64,000 nt of DNA from Lama glama (lineage: Eukaryota), in contig CM052832.1 of the NCBI GenBank assembly GCA_028534125.1, forward strand, positions 15,750,001 through 15,814,000, in the 5' to 3' direction. Made by a program: the position numbers and the translations under genes. Shown piece after piece: positions 1-25,687 of the stretch. The notes under the pieces were generated by a model. It was not told the origin of the DNA, did not search any database, and was given only the letters and a program-made list of their open reading frames with translations. Each line of letters starts with the position of its first letter. The stretch's first letter is position 1.

Positions 1-20
1 CCTGTTTGCCCATTTTTCAG

Positions 21-14971
<14,951 letters not shown>

Positions 14972-16356
14972 GAACCTTCTCCTCTGTCTGACCCTGTCCG
15001 TCGAAACCAGGCCCACCTGGAATCCCACAGCATCAGTTCTGTGCCACCTCGCAGGAGGGCTCCTTACCATCCAGGGGACCTTGGGCCAGGGCACCGAGAG
15101 CCTCCAGTCAGGGGCAATCCAGGGGAGGGGTGAGGCGGGTACTGAGACACCCCAGGGGAGGGGGGGTCACCTGGGGCTCGGGGCCCTCCCACCTGGAGCC
15201 TGTGCCCTGTTAGACAGCTGAGAGACCCTTATTTAAAATATACCTCCCAATCACCCCAAACAAGTGGAAGAGAAGAGAAAGGACACTGTGTATTTTGTAT
15301 TTAAAAAGTAATTATATTATTTAAAGAGTGGAAAACAAAATGACAAAAAAGATAAAGAGAGAATTGCCAATGAAAACCAACGGACTTTGGAGACAGGGCT
15401 CTCCTGGGGTGAGCCCTGGCACCCTCATCCTTGCCTCAGGGCTTCCTCAGCGACTGTGAGGGGTTGGAGGCTGAACTCCACCTTCTCACACCCCACCTGC
15501 AGTACCCACTGTGAACCTTGAAATATATGGTCTCCTTTGCCTCAGGGCTCTGCCTCTCTGCCCAGGGTGGGGCTCCCTGACTCACATACCTGCTGTCTTT
15601 CACTTGGTCTGGGGCTTGCACGAAGTGCCTGCTCCCTGGGGACCAGGCCACTCCCCCAGGGGAGAAATGGAATAGCAAGGGGTGTGTGCAGGGCCCGTGT
15701 TCAGCGGACTGTTGAAATATTGAGATTCTTCCATCTTAGCCAGGAATTTGCCATGGCCCTGAGCCCTCGGGATTTCCCACTGCCATCCCGGCCACCCCCA
15801 TCCCTCCCTTGGGCACCCCCTTACCTTCCCCGATCCTGCAACTAAAGGGTTAATGTGTGGCATATGGATGGAAGGGACTCCCAGGACCTTGTCTAGCACT
15901 ATGACCTGCGTCCATTCTGACAGATGGTTAAAAAATGTGATTGTCTCCTCCTGGGGTGTATGTGTGTGGTGCTTGTGTTGTTATTTCAATCCCCCCCCAC
16001 CCCTCATCCGACAACACGCCTTCTTCCTGGCTGAACTGTTACCGTAAATGGATGGCTTAATCCCTATTGGCTGGAAGGCCTGTCCAGCTGGGGTGTCAGG
16101 GTGCAGAGAGAGTTCATAATGCCTGGCTGACATGTTCAGAATCTCAAACAGATCCCCCGTGACATCAGGTGGGGTCCCAGGGCTCTGCCTGACGCTGGTG
16201 CTGGACTGGCTCTGTGTGAGGGTGTGCCTGCCTTCCTTGCTTTCACCTCAAACACAACCCCGCCCCCAGTCTTTAGGGCCCTCAAGGTCGGAAGGAGCCT
16301 TAGATGCCTAGCCTGAACTCTGCAATGCGGGAACTGAGGCTCACTTCCACGACAAC

Positions 16357-16856
16357 NNNNNNNNNNNNNNNNNNNNNNNNNNNNNNNNNNNNNNNNNNNN
16401 NNNNNNNNNNNNNNNNNNNNNNNNNNNNNNNNNNNNNNNNNNNNNNNNNNNNNNNNNNNNNNNNNNNNNNNNNNNNNNNNNNNNNNNNNNNNNNNNNNNN
16501 NNNNNNNNNNNNNNNNNNNNNNNNNNNNNNNNNNNNNNNNNNNNNNNNNNNNNNNNNNNNNNNNNNNNNNNNNNNNNNNNNNNNNNNNNNNNNNNNNNNN
16601 NNNNNNNNNNNNNNNNNNNNNNNNNNNNNNNNNNNNNNNNNNNNNNNNNNNNNNNNNNNNNNNNNNNNNNNNNNNNNNNNNNNNNNNNNNNNNNNNNNNN
16701 NNNNNNNNNNNNNNNNNNNNNNNNNNNNNNNNNNNNNNNNNNNNNNNNNNNNNNNNNNNNNNNNNNNNNNNNNNNNNNNNNNNNNNNNNNNNNNNNNNNN
16801 NNNNNNNNNNNNNNNNNNNNNNNNNNNNNNNNNNNNNNNNNNNNNNNNNNNNNNNN
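16357..16856. other. Assembly gap (500 N)
   Basis: Run of N. Confidence 1.
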
Positions 16857-18174
16857 GTTAAGGCCATATCCTAACTTCTTCATGACCAGCTGTGCAGTTC
16901 AGATGCCAGTGTTCGTGTTTCTCAACGTAGATCTGTTGAAGTGAGCAGAGGTCATCCCTGGGTGCTTGCACTGGGGCTTTCTGTTAGCTTTCTTCTCATC
17001 TTCAGAGTAGTTTCACAGAAACTGGCACTGCCAGCAGATTGCAGTCTCAGTAGGGAAGGTGTGTCCTGCTAGTCCTTGAATGAAGACCAGGGACATCTAT
17101 GGAGGCACTACCCTAAAGCCAGGATGGTAAGATCAACCGCAGTGAGAGCCAGCCCACAGAGCCACCTGCCCTCAGTCAGTGGGAGCGCAGCGACGCATTT
17201 GTGTACTTTGCTCTGGCCTCTCTGGTAGTAACATCTTACTTCGTCCTTCAAGATCTTTTATTCCCAAGATGAGTGGTTTTCCAAAGCAAACAGATTAAAG
17301 CCATGCTGGATACTATGGCAGCTGGTGTAAAGGTCATGTTCCAGGTCTCACCACTTCATCTATAAAGGTCTTGGACTCCATAGAGATTTGGGCCAAAGTA
17401 TGTGGGTCATGAAGATCTAGTCCTACATTGTGTTCATGTCTCCCCAGGGTGTGGGCTATTCAGGCAGTGGTCCAGTTCTTCTTACAAAATAAGGAACACC
17501 TTATTCCTAGCGTTGGTAGAGATTTTTTATAATTCTGCAACTTTTCAGTTGTGGTCATTTTTACTAATATCTCGGTATTTCCCTTAACTTTCAGAATTGA
17601 AAATCTACAGAAACATATAAAAGCTAAAAACTAAGAAACATTTTCAGAGATATTAGGGTTAGGGAGAAGAAGGGAAGTAGTACTGCATTTAATTGGAGCC
17701 TGGTGACAGAGGCAGCCAGACGGAAAAGTCTGTAGCAGTTGATGGCCTAGGTTGGGTAGGGCTGAGCAGACAGGGCTGAGGGCATACTGAAGTTAGCTGG
17801 CAGGAGATCTCTCTGTATTCCTAACAAGGGCTTCTTCTTCATTTAGCTGCGGTGCTTTGCTTCCAGCTGGGCTGCTTATTTAATGAGTATCAGTTTTCTC
17901 ACCCACAAAATGGGATAGTACTTGGTCTGTAAGGGAATAATTCTCCCTTTAACGACACCTTTGCATTGGAAAGGGAAGGGAGGGGAACTGGCCATGTTGC
18001 CTTAGTTCCAACTCCTTGCCTTGGTTACTGCCGACACACTGGTGTCTGGGGTGCCCTGCTCCTCTGTATACTTCTTTTTTTTAATGGGCATATAGTTGAT
18101 TTACAATATTGTGTTAGTTTCAGGTGCACAGCAACCCTGTCCATTTCTGATCTTATTGCTGTCAAGACCCCCCT

Positions 18175-18615
18175 ACTTCTTAAGTTTCTTTTTGTTACAA
18201 ACAGTAAAACCTGATTCAGAACAGCTTAAGCCCCAGGGAAATTTGTTATAGAAATCTTGAGGTACTTAGGATTTGAAGGAAGGGTTGACTCCTTAGGGAA
18301 GAGCTCAAGGGTTCACGGACTTGGTCTCTGGAGCCACAAGCACTGAGTGGTGGCCGCAGACCCCACTCAGGTTCTCCGTGCACAGTCTCCACGTCTCTGG
18401 GCTCTGCTGTTCAGATTCCTGGAGAGCCAATGTGCTTGGCTCAGCTCTGGGGTCCACAGTTTCCCTGAGAACCAGCTTTCTATGGCTGGGGATCACACGT
18501 AACTGGAAAGGACGATGGGAAACCAGTACTTGTTCTGGAAGTCTGCGTGCCCAAATCAAATGGAAAGTTCTATTAAGGAGTTGTGGGAGTATGGATATTG
18601 GGGAACAAGTCTCTG
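18175..18615 (-). mobile_element. Old MaLR LTR (MLT1-like) fragment
   Basis: Starts ...tttctttttgttacaaacagtaaaacctgattcagaacagcttaag, resembling the reversed MLT1K/L end; boundaries approximate. Confidence 0.45.
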
Positions 18616-19169
18616 CAGGCTGTGTCTTTAAACAACTTCTTGAGAAAGATCCAGAAATGAGGGGAATTCTGCAGTGGCTGCTTTTACCAATAAAGCAGTC
18701 TCATAGTTTCTATAAAAATCAATGGTTTATATTTTTGCTCTGATAGGAGGGGGTTCCAATAGAATCTACCCACTAGTGGTGGCCTAAAAACCAACAGCTC
18801 TAGGCAAAGCACTCAGCAGAAATTTAAAAGCAAATAGGCTATTCTGTTTGGCTGGCAGACCTCCCGCTCGGGGTTTCTTGAAGTTTCTGCAGACTGTTAC
18901 AGGCTCCCAGAGCCTGTGTCTATGTCACAGCAGCACACGTTCCTGTGTGATGCCACTGTGAGTTACCTCCATTGCTATGCCTGCCTCTGGGTGTCTGAGA
19001 AGGTCATTGCCCTTGCTGGAGTATCAGTAGAATACCTACAATATGTATCATTTCAAGATGATTTTAATTAGAAATGCCGGCCAGTTGAATTTTCAGAGAC
19101 ACACAGTTACATATTTAATACTCAAACCCTCGACCCCTAGTGGTCTGTATACCTATTTGGCCCCTAGAG

Positions 19170-19372
19170 CAGTGCTGGCCAATAGAATTTTCTGTGATGA
19201 TGGAAATATTCTACATCTGTGCAATCCAGTATGGCAGCAACCAGCCACGTGTGGCTCTCAAGCACTTGAAATGTGGTTAGCGCACCTAAAGAACTTTATT
19301 TTAAATTGTATTGAATTTTAATATATCTAAACAGCCACATGTAGCTCGTGGCTACCATATCAGACAGCACAG
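19170..19372 (+). mobile_element. MER3 (hAT-Charlie) non-autonomous DNA transposon
   Basis: CAGTGCTGgccaatagaattttctgtgatgatggaaatattctacatctg...gtggctaccatatcagacagcacag; degenerate 8-bp TSD ccctagag/ctctaagg. Confidence 0.85.
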
Positions 19373-19664
19373 CTCTAAGGCATCTTGCTGTTTAAGGATC
19401 CATATGAATTTGGCTCCATTTTCAGTAATCTGATGGAGAGATCCGAGTTTAATGTAATGTGGGATGTGCTGTTTTCAGAATGCAAACATGCCAATTAACT
19501 TCTGTTCTTGTTTTGGGGAGGGAGTTTCAAGGGCAATGGCTTTTTGCTGGATCTTGGGCAGAATTTTTCTCCCCCCAAATTTACTGAAATTATGACTTTA
19601 TGGTTCATTCCTTTTTAATCATAAAATCAATAAGGGAAGACAGAGTTTTTGGGTGCAGTTGCTT

Positions 19665-19820
19665 TTTTAAATATCAGGTTTGCTGAGATATGATTTAGAC
19701 GCAAAAAAATTCATCCTTCTTAGCTGTACTGTTCTGAATTGTGACAAATATATTCATTGTGTAATCACTACCACAATCAAGATAAAGGCTATTTCTACCA
19801 CCCCCATAAAGTTCCTCATA
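19665..19820 (-). mobile_element. Old L1 3' end fragment
   Basis: tttgctgagatatgattt...cattgtgtaatcactaccacaatcaagata...tttctaccaccccc, typical reversed L1M 3' terminus. Confidence 0.65.
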
Positions 19821-20224
19821 GGCATAATTGTTTTCAAATCACTCCTGATTAACATGTCATTAGTGTAATAAACAATTTTAATATGTGAATTGGATTTAGG
19901 TCATCTGTTTAAATTCTGTTTTATTGGATTATGCCCTTGGATGGAAGAATTTACTGTGGTAGTATAATAAATATTGGGGTAGCCAGTGAAAGCAAGCAGG
20001 TGGTGACATAGTTTATTAGTATTGAAAAGAATGCATCAGTCAGATGGATGCAAACATGCTAATCAAGGACTGATTTAGAAAGATCTTTTACTGAGGAAAT
20101 GATATCAGGTACAGTGCTAACCACATTTTATTTTTTTAATAATCAGATGAGTTAAGTATATATAAATTCTTAGAACAGTCGCTGGCATCTAGTAAGTACT
20201 ATTTAAGAATTAGCTACTATTCTT

Positions 20225-20675
20225 TTTAAACAATTCTATTGAAGTATAGTTGATTTACAATATGTGTTAGTTTCAGGTGTATAGCAAAGTGATTCAGTTA
20301 TATATTTTTTCAGGTTATATTCCATTGTAGGTTATTATAAGATATTGAATATAATTCTCTGTGCTATACAGTAAATCCTTGTTGCTTACCTTTTTTATGT
20401 ATAATGGTTTGTTTCTGTTTAATTCCATACTCCTAATTTGTCCTTCCCTCCTTCCTCCCTCCTTTGTCAACCATATGTTTGTTTTTTATGTCTGTGAGTC
20501 TGTTTCTGTTTTCCATATAGATTCATTTGTATTATTTTCCAGATTCCTCATATAAGTGATATCATATAGTATTGGTCTTTCTCTGTCTGACTTACTTCAC
20601 TAAGTATAATATTCTCTGGATCCATCCATGTTCTGCAGATGGCAATATTTCACTCTTTTCTATGGCTGAGTAATA
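20225..20675 (-). mobile_element. 5'-truncated L1 (artiodactyl-type 3' UTR)
   Basis: ttgaagtatagttgatttacaa...gtgttagtttcaggtgtatagcaaagtgattcag...agattcctcatataagtgatatcat...atggctgagtaata. Confidence 0.85.
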
Positions 20676-20687
20676 TTAAGAATTAGC

Positions 20688-20847
20688 GGGAGGGTATAGC
20701 TCAAAGTGATAGAGTGCATGCTTGGCATGTATGAGGTCCTGGGTTCAATCCCCAGTATCTCCTCTAAAAGCAAAGTAAATAAACAAATAAATGTAATTAC
20801 CTTCCTCCCCCCTCACACACAAAATTTTTTTAAATCTCTCTAAAAAA
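20688..20847 (+). mobile_element. tRNA-derived SINE (camelid Vic-1-like)
   Basis: gggagggtatagctcaaagtgatagagtgcatgcttggcatgtatgaggtcctgggttcaatccccag (A/B boxes); TSD aagaattagc at 20678-20687 and 20848-20857. Confidence 0.9.
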
Positions 20848-21894
20848 AAGAATTAGCTGTTATTCTTAATACTACTATAATTCACAATTAACTTCCGAGA
20901 TTGACCTACCGTTTTACTGGCCAAAATGAGTTGTTAAAGAGTTCTGTTGGTGAGATGGATTATCTCACGTTTCTCCAACGATTTTTATCATAATTGTTAT
21001 TTTACATACTCTACTAGAGACTTGGCACTGTTTCATACTTATATTTTTTGGTGGGGAAGTAGAATCCCAAGGTTCAAAGTGGGAGCGTTTCCATTTCCCA
21101 GAATTGCAGTAGTAAATTCAAGTAACATACCCAGGGGGCAGGTGAAATCACCATAGAAACATTTTTGTTTTTCCGTAATCTCGTTTAATGTTATCACAAC
21201 CTATTCCCTTAGGTACTTTCTCCTCTGAAAGCACCAGTAGTCAAAGAGCCCTCTTAATAGATTAAGTTCCCTAATTAAAAGTTGCTGTTGAGCCTGTATC
21301 CCAAAGTTCCTAGAATTCTGCCACATTGTCCTGCGCCCAAAGTATTTTAATACAGCATAGTGTTTCCAGACAGATTGAATACTGTAACAGATCTGGAGGG
21401 AAGGACACTGGAGCTATTTGTGCTGTCCGATGAGAAGATCTGACGTGATCTTTAGGGCAAAGCTCTTTAAACTCAGAGGGTGAACCAGTGTAGGTGTGTT
21501 GAGGTGCCCCCTTTCTGTATGTACTAAGAGAAATGTGTTCTTCAAGTTTTGTTTTAGTGATTCCCAGCCCTTTCAAACTGGCTTTGAGAGTTTGCCAAGA
21601 TTATTGCTATGGCTGTAGCTTCTGTATCTGCTAGAACTGGATGATTTTTGATACTTTTTAAACCTCTCTTGTAATTTTATTAAGTTGCTGGTGGGCCTAT
21701 TTTGTTTTTGATGTTCTGCTATCCCCAGATTTAATGATCCATGACTAGACAAGACTTATCTTCTATCTTCACTGGCTTCTCAAATTTTTTTCATTTTTCG
21801 ATTCCCTACCAGCTTATCCTACAGATGGGTCTACCTCCATTAAAAGCTGCTAAGAGAGGGCCTACAGTTTTTTATAAAAAGATTGTAAACTTTA

Positions 21895-22398
21895 TTCTGC
21901 CCGTCCAATATGGTAGCCACCAGTCACATTCAATACTTTAAATTTAACTAATTTAGAATTAAATGGAAATTTCAGCCCCTTAGTTGCACCAGCCTCTGGT
22001 ATATTCAGCGCTAAGAGTACAGGTGGCCTCGGACACAGAAAACAAACTATGGTTACCAAAGGGGAAAGGTCAGGGAGGAATAAGTTAGGAGTCAGGGATT
22101 AACAGACACGTGTTACAATATATAAAATAGATAAACAACAAGGACCTACTGTACAGCACAGGGAACTATATTCAACTTCTTGTAATAACATATAATGGAA
22201 AAGAATCTGAAAAGAAAAAATATATATGTATGTGTATGTATAACTGAAATCACTGCTGTACACATGAAACTAACACTGTAAATCAACTACACTTCAATAA
22301 ACATTAAAAAAGAATACATACGACCAGTGGCTTCTGTATTGGGCAGCTCAGATATAAACGTTTCCATCAGAGCAGAAAGCTCTGTTGGGCTGTTTCTG
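21895..22398 (+). mobile_element. MER33/MER3-family DNA transposon split by an L1 3' fragment (about 22030-22310, + strand)
   Basis: Left arm gtccaatatggtagccaccagtcaca; right arm gtggcttctgtattgggcagctcagatataaacgtttccatcagagcagaaagctctgttgg; L1 tail aaacaaactatggttaccaaaggggaaagg...caactacacttcaataaa with degenerate TSD aagagtacaggtggcc/aagaatacatacgacc. Confidence 0.75.
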
Positions 22399-22742
22399 AT
22401 GATCGCACTTCTTTTATAGATATGAGGACTCTGCTTACGTGGACCTTCTTCTTCCCAAAGTTAATTTTGAAGGGTTGCCTTCTGTTGGTATGTTTCTTTA
22501 TATTCAATTATTTTAAAATATATTTGGGGTTTGGCAGCAGAACATGATAAGCATATTTTCAGGGGTGCTGCCAAAGGCACCGCCAAGTCAAACCGCAAAA
22601 GTGCTGGCATCACCAAAACTCTACATTTGGCCATACTTATTTTGATTTTTATATGCCTCACCTTTTCTCTAACGTTTTCGTTAAGAATACCCCAAATTAC
22701 TGACAAATCCTTATTTCTTGTTCCAAGTCTAAATTCCACTGT

Positions 22743-22759
22743 TGGCCACTAGGTGGAGA
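22743..22759 (+). promoter_or_regulatory. Candidate CTCF site between COL11A2 and the class II genes
   Basis: TGGCCACTAGGTGGAGA matches the CTCF core consensus; motif match only. Confidence 0.45.
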
Positions 22760-23862
22760 TGGGGCCCTATTTAATATTCTCTAGCTTCAAAGAACACTTT
22801 AAACTCAGATTCTTTGCCATGGATAATCTGACTCCTCAAAAATCTTACAACATTTCTCATAAGAATTAAAAAACACCTCACAGTTTTAATTCCTTACAGT
22901 TGTCCAATAAAAAAGGGAAAGGAAAGAAGTACGAAATCATTTGCCTTCTTTATTTCCTTATAGCAGTCCTCTACCCCGAAGAGCGCAGACTACAAAACCT
23001 GACTCGAGGATTAAAATTCTGAATTAACTCACAGCTTTATGACTGTTTTATGATGACATCACATTAGGGGGAATTCTTGGCCAAACAGAAAATCAGGGAG
23101 ACTTTCTTCTTTTTATCAAACCCTGAATTAACTATCAGTTCGGCTTTACAAGCAGAGAGTGAAATGTTCAGGACTCTTAAGATAACAGTGAAAATGGTTT
23201 ATAAACTAAGTTCCTTTCAATATGACTCAAGAGAATATTCAATTAACCATTACGCATTATAAACTGGTTTCATAGTTCTCTGCTGACAAGGTTTGTTTCT
23301 TTCTTCTCAAAATCCCAAATGGTGAAGCCTCTCTCATCTTAAGCAGTGCAGTCAGTGAGAGGATCATTCATTGTCAAACTCTTTGGTTGTGAAATTCCTT
23401 GGGCACAAAGTGGGCTGCCTCTCTCTTTTTCCCGAGATGATTAAAAGTGGATGTAGTGAATTACAACTTCTCTTTCTCATTTGGGGCACTGAGAGATGGG
23501 CTACCGCTACTTTCTCCTAGAAACATCACAGAATAGAAAGCATGTGTAATTTCTCATGCCATTGAGCAAAAAATAAACCTTTCACAGAACAGAATGCTTT
23601 CACGTGCATCCTTGCTTTGTAACTTCAGCTTTTCAAAAACTGTTCAAATGCTAATAGGACTCATAAAACATTTGTAATAATAATTTCACATAATAGTAAT
23701 AATAATGAAAAAAATTATATGAATTTAGCTCTAGGTCTTCTGCAATAACCAATGTTTCCAGAAAACTTAGATTTTAAAGAGTTTTCTGATCAATCTATGC
23801 TTTTCTTTGAAAACATGGATACTCATGTTATCTTGGAAATTGTCAACAAAATGGATGGTTTG

Positions 23863-23965
23863 TGGGGTGGGCGAGGGGTAGGATATAGCTCAGTGGCAGA
23901 GCACATGCTTAGCATGCACAAGGTCCTGGGTTCAATCCCCAGTACCTCCATTAAAAAAAAAAAAA
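23863..23965 (+). mobile_element. tRNA-derived SINE (Vic-1-like)
   Basis: ggatatagctcagtggcagagcacatgcttagcatgcacaaggtcctgggttcaatccccagtacctcca + poly(A); degenerate TSD aaaatggatggtttg/aaaaaggatgatttg. Confidence 0.9.
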
Positions 23966-23980
23966 AGGATGATTTGCCCC

Positions 23981-24514
23981 TGTGCAGAACAGAGTTAACA
24001 CAGCAGTCCTGACCATCTTCCTTTGAAAGGCCTGCTTACAAGGCTGGCCCCTGGCTGGCATCTAGGAACTTGGATATTGGGAGGGTTCCCACCATTCCCA
24101 GAGCTGATTAAGAATGTGCCTGAGCTGTTTGAACAAACAATGTGGTTTATGCTGAACACCTGCTTTCCTTCTGGGAGTCTGGAACTTTGGTTTGTGCAGA
24201 GGGTGCCCGCGAGACCAGTCCCCACGAAAAACCCTGAGTGCCGAGTCTCCTCTGGGCTTTCCTGGCCGACATAATTCACACGTGTTGTCACAACTCGTTG
24301 CTGGAGGAACTGAGCAAGTCCTGCGGCTCCGATGGGAGAGGACCCTTGGAAGCTTGCACCTGTTTTCTCCGAGTTTTTCACGTGCCTTTTCCCTTAGCTG
24401 CTTTGCTTCCTTTGCTGTAATTAATCATAGCCGTGTGTACAGCTACATAATGAGTCCCGTGAGACCTCTTAGTGAATGATCTAAACTGAGCTGGTCTTGG
24501 TGACCCCCAACACA
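23981..24514 (+). mobile_element. Solo LTR, MER68-like (ERVL)
   Basis: TG...CA termini (TGTGCAGAACAGAGTTAACA...GACCCCCAACACA) with perfect 5-bp TSD GCCCC at 23976-23980 and 24515-24519. Confidence 0.85.
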
Positions 24515-25586
24515 GCCCCATTTGGGCTTGGTATCTCATAATATGTAGAATCACCAAAACTGACTTAGAGTCACAATTTATGAACATATTCATCAAAATG
24601 ATTTCCCAAAGTCACACGCAAGAAGGACAGTTAAAAAAGAGAAATGCTTTAAGCTTGGTTTAAGGCTTAGGCCTTGCTGTTTTTGAAAACTGATATTATA
24701 ATCTATCAATATTACAGGAATTAGAATTTTTCCTGATTACTATTATATTAAATTCAGACTTAAGTGACACACCATACCACAAAATGACCAAAGCAAATAT
24801 AATGACTTCTGTCTTAGCCTCAAACATCAATTAAAATGATTTATAAAAATACTAAAAAAAACTGTATTCTAAAAGCAGGCCTATGTCTGAAAAAGCTGAT
24901 ATACATGTATCTTTGACTTTTTGGAAACTGGAGATGTGCATCCCATTTGATGGCTCAGAAGGGAGAGAGTTTGCAGTGATGTAATGAGCACGGAGTTATG
25001 GGACAAGTCTGCTTCTATAATTTGATGCAAATAATAATATAAAGAGAATGCTATAATATGTTATGCTCTTATACCTGTTATTTATAATTATGATCTTATG
25101 TTGATTTTTAAACTTGGAAACCATATTCTTAATAATTACCGTGCTGTACTAGTCCTGTATGAATTTCTGTGGCAAAATCCAGGCTCAGTGTCTGTTCTGT
25201 CTGGGATTACTAGGAGAAATGGTTCCACCCCACACTGGTAAGAGTGCAACACGAATTTGGGCATCTACAATGAAATAAAGCAAATTTTAGGACGTTCACT
25301 ACCAGTTGCCCTCCTATTCAATAAAGAGAATGGATCACCATCAAGAATTTTATTTTTCCACACCTGAGGAAAGCACCAAGGACATCCCCAGGCTGTTCAC
25401 TGGACCCAGTGGTCATCCAACCCTTCAAGCATAAACATAGTCACATGACCATCTCCTTCTCCGTAGGAAAGGGAGACAATAATATTGGATTTAGGTGGTT
25501 TATGTATGTGCCTCAGGAAATGGCACGCTATAGTCCGGAGAACTTGAGAAAGAGGAAGTATGCTGAATTAAAAGGCAGAGACTCAG

Positions 25587-25687
25587 CTGGGGGAGGGTAT
25601 AGATCAGTGGTAGAGCGCATGCACGAGGTCCTGGGTTCAATCCTCGGTACCTCCATTAAAAACAAAACAAAACAAAACAGCTCATTG
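25587..25687 (+). mobile_element. tRNA-derived SINE (Vic-1-like), antisense in the presumed DPB 3' UTR
   Basis: gggggagggtatagatcagtggtagagcgcatgcacgaggtcctgggttcaatcc; perfect 18-bp TSD taaaaggcagagactcag at 25569-25586 and 25688-25705. Confidence 0.92.

Noticed and set aside
16136..16883. Long ORFs containing X runs (also 37869-38822 and 52160-52539)
   Set aside because: Artefacts of translating N gaps.
23876..23950. tRNA-like sequences with A/B boxes
   Set aside because: They have A-rich tails, TSDs and multiple diverged copies, so they are SINEs, not tRNA genes.
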